NCBI GenBank assembly: GCA_048013815.1
Contig: CM106586.1
Location: forward strand, 558,001 to 622,000
Origin: Setoptus koraiensis
Taxonomy: Eukaryota; Animalia; Arthropoda
Direction: 5' to 3'
DNA: 64,000 nucleotides
The notes under the pieces were generated by a model, which was not told the origin of the DNA, made no database searches, and saw nothing but the letters and a program-made list of their open reading frames with translations. Below, piece by piece: positions 47,986 to 58,400 of the stretch. Both the position numbers and the translations under genes were made by a program. How positions within the stretch are numbered: position 1 is the first letter of the stretch; each line of letters opens with the position of its first letter.

Positions 47986-50450
47986 ATTCTCATTATGTAG
48001 TTACGGATGTTAATCAGGCACTGGATTCCATTCGCAATGACTACCATTATAATCCGGGGGTGTTGTTGCGATTAGGTCCCAGCGCCGATCATCATGAAAC
48101 TTGGCACACAGGCCCGGCAAGGGCCCCATGTTATGAATTGTGTAGTCCGGAAGTGCGGAAACTTCCAGTTCCGGAGATTCTAGAATATGGAGATAGAGCT
48201 TCGAAACTTCAGAATCAGATGGTTGCTACCTAGCGGAGCATGATGAGATCCAAGTTGATCCGCTTTAACTTCCGGTTCATAAGATACAGAGGTTAAACAA
48301 AATTTTGGCCAGTGGCCGGGCCTGTGCGGTTGCGGTCAGCGGACCCATTCTGTGCCTCGTGCTCGCTGCACTCTGTATTCACGTCTGTTTCAGTCAATTA
48401 ATCTTCTCTTTCTCATTCTTTGTTGGGTGGTTCCTTAACTCTTCCCGCCTGCAGCTGTGTTTGGATTGCAGTCATGTGAGCGGAGGGTAGAGGGCGCAGC
48501 CCGATACCCGAAGCGCTCATCAACCCTACCCGAAGGGTTCCCGTCGCACGCAGTTGTCGCGGGAGCGACGACGGAGATGTGACGGCTTCCAGAATACGAG
48601 GCCGCAGGCCGAGTTCTTAGAACAATTGCAGGCTCATCCCTGGGTGTAGCGAAGCCTGAATTCGGCAACTTCCTGTCTCTCAATTCTAGAGATATCGCTA
48701 TAACTAGAGAACCGGAAGTGATGCAGTGCTGAAGGTTATGTCATTCTGTTAATCGTCATCAAGAACGTCATTTTCGTCATTTTCGTGAGTTTCAACTCTA
48801 TACAAGCAACTTTAGGTAAAACCGGAACCGGAAGTTTCCGCACTTCCGGACCACTTTTTCCGATGGTTTTGGGTCAAGTTGAACCCGTACCAGAAGTTTC
48901 ATCATGATCGGCGCTGGGACCTAATCGCTACAACAACCTAATCCGGATCTGGTGGCCCGCGATGAGACCAACGATGCTATGTCCAAACAGCCTACTAATG
49001 CGTTGCCAGCTATTTTTGCACATGACTTCCGTCGGCTTGTTATCAGCGGCGCAAAGGCTAACATCGAGCGATACCATGCTCTCCTTTGCACTCATGCTGA
49101 CCGGGTATTTTCTCCTCGTGAGTCGGACTCTCACATGGTCACGCGCCTTATTAAGGAGACTTCCGCTTACAAAAGTCATCACGTTCCATTGGAGGTTTCC
49201 AATACTGGCCCTGATCGGACTTCTATTGCGGAACTTTATCGGCATCAACCTTTGGAAGGCTCTGTGGCCAATGATATTATTGAAGCAATGAAGATTCGAG
49301 CTATGCAGGGACTTGCGCCACCTGCGCTGCCCCAGTCTACTGCTTCTCCGCTGATCACAGCCCCCAGACACCTGTTGTGGAGCCTCAGCCACTTGTCCAT
49401 CAGGGTCGAAGAGCAGTTATGTCTGGTTCCGAGTCTGAGACCGAAGCCGATAGGACTTCGGTAAACGCCAGCACTGTCACCAATACCATCGCCACATTGA
49501 CTCTGCCATCGCCTGGGCGATCCGTTTCCCCGTCTTCCTCCATTCACTCCAGCAGCAAGCGCGGTCATAACCCCGACATGGTGCTCGCAAGAAGAGGTTT
49601 AGAGCTTCTGCTGCCGATAATCAGGATCAGCAATCTGATTCTTCTAGGAATTCCATTACTTCCTCTCGTGGCCCTCCTTCTCTTGAGGAGACTACACCAC
49701 CTATTACAACGGCCACCAGAAATCATGGTCAGCGCCAGAGCACCCCAGTTCGTAGAGGCACAACTTCGGTCGCGACCCCGGTCACAGCTCCACTTCCGAC
49801 TACAGTTCCACCAGCAGTCAATGAGGGAGTGGTTACTCATGTTGAGACAGCTACTGCCAACACCTCTGGCACTCCTAATTCTTCCGGTCATGAGTCCGAT
49901 AACGAGTCTTCTATTAATGATGCTGCCCTTATGGAGGAATCGGGTACGTATCCATTTATTGGTCGACGATCTCTTTATCCCGTTTAAGGTTTTAACGCTA
50001 TCAGCCAAGTAGTCGCTTTGAAATTTTACCGGCCGCCTGATATTAACACAGACAATGTTCCTTCTTCTTCCAATCCTCACCGCTGCTGCGAATGCCCGGC
50101 AGCGAGTCCTGGGGCAGGATAACATTAACTTCCAGCCTTACCATTTCAATTACGATCTTAAATTGGGCCAAGAGAAGGATCAAGTTTCCATCAACGTCAT
50201 TTATCCCAATTATGGTATGTCCACGGAAGTCAATCTTTCTTACTTCTTTCCAAATTTGGACATCTGCGACACCAAACTTAAATCCGTTCCTCGATGCGCA
50301 CTCAATGCAGTCCGGTGCATAGGGCCTCGGAACTGCAAGTTCTCTTCGTTCCCAAGGATGGAAAAACCCTGTTCAACCTGACCAAACATAAGGACACTGT
50401 GTTTGACGAGTTTCATCCTTATTTGTTGCCTAAAAATAATGCCTTGAATT
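47986..50450 (+). other. Unassigned compact coding segment: helical ORF (split by MITE), disordered S/T/P-rich ORF, signal-peptide Cys-containing ORF
   Basis: Frame 47985-48057 rejoins ORF 48952..49464 after MITE removal; ORF 50055..50381 begins MFLLLPILTAAANA. Confidence 0.45.
48058..48938. mobile_element. MITE with perfect 8-bp TSD TAATCCGG
   Basis: GGGTGTTGTTGCGATTAGGTCCCAGCGCCGATCATCATG ... CATGATCGGCGCTGGGACCTAATCGCTACAACAACC. Confidence 0.93.
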
Positions 50451-50539
50451 GAGTCCGCTGGAAGTAGTTGCTTCAAAAAGAGCGCCCCTCTATAGTGGGT
50501 AAAAGTGCTTTCCCCTTTCTCAGTTAATATGAACGCGAT

Positions 50540-50764
50540 TGTAGCTTACTTTGTGCTAGAGAGCGCAGCGACTTAAGTCTTAATCAAGCTGTAGCTTACT
50601 GTGTGCTGAGGAGGTGGAGTGACTTAAGTCTCAATCAAGCTGAAGCTTTCTGTGTGCTAAGGAGGGGGCGTGACTCAAAATTGTAGGCTTGTGTGTGGAT
50701 TGCCTCCTCCATTAAGGATCCAACATCACTACATCATTAGCGCTTAATTAAAATTAAGCGCTAA
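50540..50764 (-). mobile_element. 5' part of A' type Helentron with palindromic terminus
   Basis: AGCGCTTAATTAAAATTAAGCGCT at 50739-50762; only about 9 bp from the next element's 3' end. Confidence 0.85.
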
Positions 50765-50773
50765 TAAAGGAGA

Positions 50774-51897
50774 AACAAGTGATACTGATTCTATCAGTAC
50801 CTCGAGCGCTTAATTTTTTTGGATAGACGAGTATCGTTGGAATATGGATGCGAGTATGTGACAACATGTCGGAGATAATCATCTATGCCTGTCGATCAGA
50901 GTAGCCGAAAAGATGACAGAATGAATACAAGTTCTCCCAATTTCTATCGCAGCATGATACACATGTCGATTGCTTGCGTATGGAATTTAGTAAGATTCTA
51001 ATAGTCAGTTTCGCCGCAATGAGTAATTAAGTTAGACACACCAATTAGTCAATGGCGCAAACTTTGTTATAGTGCATCAATTTTGAATCTCGAAGTTCGA
51101 AATGTGACCATCGGAGTTCGAATTGTCACCAGCGAACTTCGAATTGTGACCATCGAACTCTGTACGAGCACCTGGAACTAGTATCGGAAATTCGAATTTT
51201 CAATTGCGAATTTCGAAGTTCGAAGTTCGAATTGTGACCGTCGAACTCTGACCATCGAACATCGAACTCTCACCGTCGAACATCAAACTCTGACCATCGA
51301 ACATCGAACGAGCAGCTGAAACTCTCATCAGGAATTCGAATTTTCAATTTCGAAGTTCGAATTGTGACCATCGAACTCTGACCACCGAACATCGAACGAG
51401 CAGCTGAAACTCTCATCAGGAATTCGAATTTTCAATTTTCGAATTTCGAAGTTCGGATTGTGACCATCGAACGCCGATCTCTGACCATCGAACATCAAAC
51501 GAGCGGCTGTAACTCTTATCAGAAATCTGAATTTTCAATTTCGAAGTTCGAATTGCGACCATCGAATAGTGACCACCGAACTCTGACCATCGAACATCGA
51601 ACGAGCAGATGAAATTCTTATAAGAAATTCGAATTTTCAATTTCGAAGTTCGATTTGTCACCACCGAACTCCGCACAAATGTGACCTAGTCAAATCTCCA
51701 TAGGATTGCATACAAATTATTCTCGAGTGAAGCGATAATAGACCAAGTCGAATCTACATAGGAATACATGTGTTATGTCTAGCAGGATTCTCACAAATTT
51801 GACCATGTCAAACCTCCATAGGATTACATAGTCACGTGAATAAACGTATCCATCCGACCCACATCAATAGCATCTTAATTAAAATTAAGCGCTAAAA
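50774..51897 (-). mobile_element. Complete non-autonomous Helentron (type B body, type D 3'), about 1.12 kb
   Basis: 3' terminus at 50774-50820, 5' terminus at 51868-51897. Confidence 0.88.
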
Positions 51898-52545
51898 CCT
51901 GAAGACTTCAGCGACCGCAGATCTAGAGCTTCACGTAAAGAGTGTTTCTTCAAGAAGCTGACGATTATGATTATCATGTCTAATTTGCCTCTTTCATTTA
52001 TCGATTCTGATGAAGTTAGAGATTTTTTTCGAGAATTCCTACCGGAATTTGAACGTCCATCGCGCAAACAGCTGGTTGATGTTCTTATCCCCAAAGAAGT
52101 TAGCGAGATTGATTTGAAAATGAATGTGTAAAGTTGACAATAATTCTATTGGAATCGAATTTGACTCGTGGACGGACAGCAATGGTGAGGCTATCTTCGG
52201 ATTTATTCTTAATACCCAAGAAAACGAGAAATTCCTCTATCAACTTTCGAAAGAATCGGCAATGCGACATACAGGAGCTTTTATATCAGGCATGCTCGCT
52301 AGGATAATCGAGCAACTTGGAAGCAGAAGAATAAACAACGTCATATCCGATGGCGCGTCTGAATGTGTTTCGGCTAGAAAATTGATTGCAGCGGAATATC
52401 CCAGCATAATAGGGACGAGATGCCTTGCCCATCTGGCCAATCTAATTGGACAAAAATCATTGGCATTAGCTGGAAAGGAGGTTACTGTTAGAAATGCTGA
52501 TAGGTTAATTTCTTTTGTTAGTCGGTTGAATAACCGTTCAATAAT
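51898..52545 (+). pseudogene. hAT transposase (DUF659-like) fragment, second family
   Basis: NLPLSFIDS..RPSRKQL; FDSWTD; VISDGASECVSAR; RCLAHLANL (CxxH). Confidence 0.85.
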
Positions 52546-52794
52546 AGGCTGTTCAACGGTATGCTCTGGATATTGCACTGGATATTGCACATCTTTGCTG
52601 ACTGGATTGGTTGCGGACTAGACTTGATTGCACTTAATTACCATTGCACTTGATTACTATTGCACTTGATTACTATCACACTTGATATTGCACATAGTTG
52701 CTATTGCACCTCGGACTAGAATTTTACCTAGATTATTGCACAATTTCAATCGGCCTTGACAAGCCAGCACCCCTTTTGGCCCCAAAAAAAGAAA

Positions 52795-53747
52795 AACAAG
52801 TGATACTGATTCCGTCAGTATCTCGAGCGCTTAATTTTTTGGATAGACGAGTATCGTTGGAATATGGATGCGAGTATGTGACAACATGTCGGAGATAATC
52901 ATCTATGCCTGTCGATCAGAGTAGCCGAAAAGATGACAGAATGAATTCAAGTTCTCCCAATTTCGGTTGTTGTAGCGATTAGTGCCCCGCTCCGATTTTG
53001 ATGATACTTCTGGTACGGGTATGTCTTGACCCCAATAGACCGAGAAAATTAGTCCGGAAGTGCGGAAACTTCCGGTCCCGGTTTTTCATGAAGTTGAAGC
53101 TAGAGGTCTGAAAATCACCAGAGAGACGTTACTGACTACGATAAATATGATGGCATGATTTTCAGCTCTGTGTGACTTCCGGTTTTCCAGATATACAGAT
53201 ATATTTGGCGTAATAAGACCGGAAAGGGAGAAATTGGAGCTCCGCTTCGCTCAGGGATGAGTATGTCAAGGGCTCTGAGAATTCGGCCTTCGGCCTCGTA
53301 TTCTGGAGGCCGTCACATCTCCGTCGTCGCTCTCGCGACGACTGCGTGCGACGGGAACCCTTCGGGTAGGGTTGATGAGCGCTTCGGGTATCGGGCTGCG
53401 CCCTCTACCCTCTGCTCACATGACTGCAATCCATACACGACCGTTAGTAGAAAAACGGACTGTTCATCGCTGAGCTGCACATCTAACTGTGAGAATCTTG
53501 AGAACCGGGAGTGGCGAAGGCTCTTGTGTTGATCAGTACGGGCCTGCTAGCGCACGTATTTGGTCGATATTTCGTCCCGTCACCGCCCTTGCAGCGGTTT
53601 CTACCGAATACCTTGTGAACCGGAAATTGTTCAGGCTTGAAATTTACTGTATCGTGCTCTGCGTGCTTTTATCTAGATGGTCACGTGAATAAACGTATCC
53701 ATCATCACTACCACAGTAGCTACTTAATTAAAATTAAGCGCTAAAAA
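52795..53747. mobile_element. Type D Helentron 3' end (52795-52964), MITE left part (52965-53680) and Helentron 5' stub (53682-53747)
   Basis: Termini at 52795 and 53747; GGTTGTTGTAGCGATTAG at 52965. Confidence 0.75.
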
Positions 53748-53873
53748 TAGATCAGCACACTGGTCTGTACATACTTGCCATACAACCGGTTGTAACTGCA
53801 GCTCTACTTGTGACCCAAACTCGCACCAAAATGGAGTGGCACAAAGCATTAGGCCACCTCAATCAGGGTCTAT
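53748..53873 (+). pseudogene. Copia GAG-pre-integrase fragment
   Basis: GLYIL...EWHKALGHLN (WHxxLGH motif). Confidence 0.7.
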
Positions 53874-54224
53874 AACGAAACAACGAATGCGTTGAAACAC
53901 CGAATGATCGAAACAACGAAAAATCAATACACCGACAAGGCTGTCATAACAACGAATTGCTGTTTCGACGAATCATCGAAACAACGAATCATCGAAACAA
54001 GGAATTATCGAAACAAGGAATTATCGGAACACCGAAGATTTGAGTATGCTGGTGATTGTTTTTTTATTTTTTGTTCGGTTTCTCTAGATTAGCTGGGTAG
54101 CAGGGCTAAAATGTCAGATACAATGAGTTTCTATATGATAATTTAAATTAGGTGGTGTGAGGACACTTTGTGTAGGCAAATGAATTGGCAATGCACATTA
54201 ATGTTATCGATTCATTCAATAATC

Positions 54225-54490
54225 CAAGCGTGCTAATCACGTCTAGTAAGTGAACGCGCATAGCATTCTATGTGCTAGATTCAACTAATCAACATTGTAA
54301 GCTTTGACTGTTCTAAATTTATCTAGTTTATTTCTCACAGTACAGCTTCCACCGTGCTATTTTTTCCTAGTTGAAAAAAGCACTGATTTGTTCTACCCAC
54401 GTGAATAAACGTATCTGCCAGAACCACCCCAATAGCTACTTAATTAAAATTAAGCGCTAATTAAGCGCTCGAAATACTGATTTGATCAGT
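54225..54490 (-). mobile_element. Type C Helentron 5' part fused directly to an opposite-strand truncated 3' end
   Basis: CTTAATTAAAATTAAGCGCT-AATTAAGCGCT-CGAAATACTGATTTGATCAGT. Confidence 0.85.
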
Positions 54491-54850
54491 GATAGGAAAT
54501 CTTTCACGTGACAAAGAATTCATAGTCAATCTTGTTCCAGAGGCGACGTTAGAAGACGCAAATGCAAACATTGATTCGGGATGCAATGATCCGCTACTGA
54601 CAGCCGGAACTTCATTATGATACAGTCCATTTCCTGGATATGTTGAGCCAACATATGACACAGGTTGTTGTCTAGATAAAGATTGCTTTGTAGGCCCTGG
54701 CGCAATATAAACAACTGTAGATGCTAATGGATTATTGGCAACAACAGACTCGTTAGATGGTGAGTCAAAATTAGTTATATTATCTAAATTATGCAATGCA
54801 CATGATCCTCGAAATGATGTTCCACATGATATGAGGTAAGATGCTTGTAC
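54491..54850 (-). pseudogene. PlexA: Plexin-A Sema-domain exon fragment
   Basis: LISCG..GSC..VVANN..STVVYIAPGP..YVGSTY..EVPAVSS.SL..MF..ASS.V..GTR..NS..RE follows the insect PlexA Sema motif order as recalled. Confidence 0.78.
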
Positions 54851-55267
54851 AGGGAACAGAAAAAATTTTGTCAAAATCGTCAAAGTCAAATTCCCATAGA
54901 GTTAACATTGTTAACGTTTAGATACTTTAACACAGGGAACAGAAAAAATTTTGTCAAAATCGTCAAAGTCAAATTCCCATAGGGTTAACATTGTTAACGT
55001 TTAGATACTTTAACACAGGGAACAGAAAAAATTTTGTCAAAATCGTCAAAGTCAAATTCCCATAGAGTTAACATTGTTAACGTTTAGATACTTTAACACA
55101 GGGAACAGAAAAAATTTTGTCAAAATTAACAAAGTCAAATTCCCATAGAGTTAACATTGTTAACGTTTAGATACTTTAACACAGGGAACAGAAAAAATTT
55201 TGTCAAAATCGTCAAAGTCAAATTCCCATAGGGTTAACATTGTTAACGTTTAGATACTTTAACACAG
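54849..55267. repeat. 83-bp tandem repeat, 5 copies
   Basis: Units at 54849, 54932, 55015, 55098, 55181; half of the unit matches Helentron sequence at about 47270-47305 (reverse complement). Confidence 0.95.
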
Positions 55268-55416
55268 TTACATTATTCAGATCGAGATCCGAGGCAGCGC
55301 AATATAATGTATTTGGCTATAACAAGACTCATCTATAATTTCGTCCCTGTTAATGGTGCTCCTGTCTGGTACAATATTGATAGTTAATTCATCATCACCG
55401 AATTCTATACACACCA

Positions 55417-58400
55417 TTATAAATATCCATACACATAAATTGGTCGATGATAACTCAGAATACTCCCATACACTCCCCCTTTCAGCCCCATTATATTGGT
55501 GAAAGCATTATCAATAAATGTATCACAATCCGTTGTTGGGTCAGTGATGAGGTGATGGAAATTGTATTGCTCGAAAAATAGAGGCAAAGGACCATCACCC
55601 ACTGTGTTATGATTGAAATCTCCCATAATGATAAGATTGTCATATTCGCGTATTATTTCTTCCAAAAACTTCTCTAAATTCGGGAATGGCAAACTGGGAG
55701 AGACATAAATGAATGCGATCACTGTGTTTTTGAACTGAATTATAATTGTCTCTAGATGACCTGAATCGAAATTCAGACGTTCCATGCGTAATGTTCCAAG
55801 GGATTTTCTACCATGACATACCATTCCTGATCCTGCCATACCGTTCGATGAAACTAAGCTATCGAAGCAATTATAACCATCCACATCAACAAACTTATGG
55901 ATTAATCTCGTTTCAGCTAGACACATTATGTCGCACTGCCTCAGATTTGGATCGGAATCAATTTCCGAACTATTAGCGTTATAAGATTGTATGTTATAGA
56001 ATAAAAGAGAATCGACATCATCTTTGAAAGGTAGCTCTAGACAATCCAGTTTCTTGCTTCCGAGCCTCTTAAACTCTTCAATGAGGGAATGATTTGGTTT
56101 GGAGTCAAAATTAATACTTCCTACGATTCTTAAACCAGCCAACGTTTTAACTCTGCTAAGTCCCATATATACTAAATTCCGTGTATTGCATTTGTCAAGG
56201 TATAATACAACCTTATCATAAGTGGATCCTTGACTTTTATGAATTGTGAGAGCCTCAGCTAAAACTAATGGAAACTGTTTCCTCTGAACAACATATTTCG
56301 TTCTCTTGATAGTAATTTCCGCGCGATATACTCGAAATTTTTTTCCATCTTCCAAATGACTCAAGGTTAAACAGGCAACATTACCATGAGAATCCATTCT
56401 GTAATCATCTAAATGACACACTGCGCCATTAACAATACCCTCTGAAGTGTTTAAATTCTTGATTATCATATATTGAGCGCCTAATTTGAGATGTAATGTA
56501 GGAACGAACCCATCTGTCTCAGTCTTGGACAATTGATGGGCGTGTTTCAAAGCTTCCTCTTCGGATATGCTATGCTTGCGGACAACAAGCAAATCCTGTG
56601 CGGGAACCTCAATTGAATCACCAGGCAATTTGTCAAATATTTCACGATTGAGGTTATCAACAAATTCGTTTCGATAAGCTAATCTCACGCATCTTTCAGA
56701 TATAGGTATTGTATTTGCTTTAACAATGCGAGATGACAACAATAATCTATCTGATTCACGGAGGGTGCCAGCACAGAAATTATTTAAAGCTTCAGCGAAT
56801 TGAAGATCATCTTTTTGTCTCATAATCTCTTCTAACTTGTAATATTGAAAAAGCTTCCATAGTGTATTCTTGCTGAATAATAAGCCATGATTGTTTGATC
56901 TGTCATAGTCATCATCATAGACTGGTCGGCAGCAGACCGGGGGTAGTTGATTTAAATCGCCAACGCAAATTACAGATATACCACCAAACGGTAATGAATT
57001 TTCCATGATTTGTTTCAACCTTTCATCAACCTGTTTGAACAAATTGAGTCCCACCATCGATATTTCATCGATTATAAGTACAGTCAATTTGGAAAACCGA
57101 ACCTGAAATTCCTGTAAGGTGGAAGAATTCAAAGGTATCAATTTCTCACGATTCCTCTTATTTTGATTAACAGGAAACCTAAAAAGACTATGAAGAGTGT
57201 TTCCAGAAACATTGTAAGCAGCCTTTCCTGTAAATGCGCAAGTTATAACAGTTAAATCATCAGTGTGAAATTCAAAATTTTGTCCAATTAACCTCATTCC
57301 TGTCAATTGTATAGCCTTTATCAAAAGGCTCTTCCCGGTACCAGCACCTCCTCCGATGAAATGGAAAAATTGCTTTTGTTTTTTAATTAAAGAAACGAAA
57401 TTCAGCAGATATTTCCGCTGCCCTGAATTCAGCATGGCAATTAAATCCCGATAATCACATGAATTCGATTTGGGTACTCTTGTGGATACGCAAGCATCGT
57501 CACTGGGATTTCTTTCACCAATATCTTCTGTGAAACGCAAATAATCTTCGACGATACCAGAATCTTCATTCATATTCGCCTCTTCAACTTCTATGTATTC
57601 TTCCATAACATCGAGGTCTATCTTGTTGTACCTCCTAAAATTTTCCAAAATGGAAGGTTTAAAGCGTTCGTATAGCTCCAGTATTTCTGATCGATCAGAA
57701 CGATCCCATTCCTCTCTAAATGGAACATAGAGTACCACGCGCTGCATCTTGAATTCAAATTGGTCTATTTTTTCACGGATTGGTTTATGCCGTATAACAC
57801 GAGGAAACTTTCTCAAGGTAACATAACCTGCATTCTTCAACAAACGAAATTCATTATCACTCGAGGAATCCTGAGGCACATCCTGATCATCAAGTTCGTT
57901 TTCATCCTCGTCTTCACAATCCATATTTCGCGAAGGATGAAAAGTAGTTTTCGATTTCTTAGAGGATTTACTGTAGTTCGTCATTGCTGCAAAATCAGCC
58001 AAACACATAGATTCCATTTCGCTTGGCCTCAACATATATCGATCTATCAAACCAGATTCGTATATCTCAGTGGAATGTGGGTCCAATTTCTTCAGAATTT
58101 TCATCGGCAGTATGATTCTGCACCTTTCTTCTCTGCTATCAGTGTTAATGAATATGTCTGTTACATCAGATATATAGAGAGGTAGGCCAAGCAGATAATA
58201 CGCACATTCTTGGGCACAGAGCTCGGAATTGTGGATGTACTTTCCAGCTAAAGAATAATATTGCTCTTTGAGGCTGTGATTTCCTTTTTCAATCTGTCTG
58301 ATGAGTTTAGTCATAAGGGAGGAAATACCTTTTTGCTGCTTTCCTATATAATTAACAATGTAGGCAGCACAGGCGTAGGCATCTGATATGTATTGTATAT

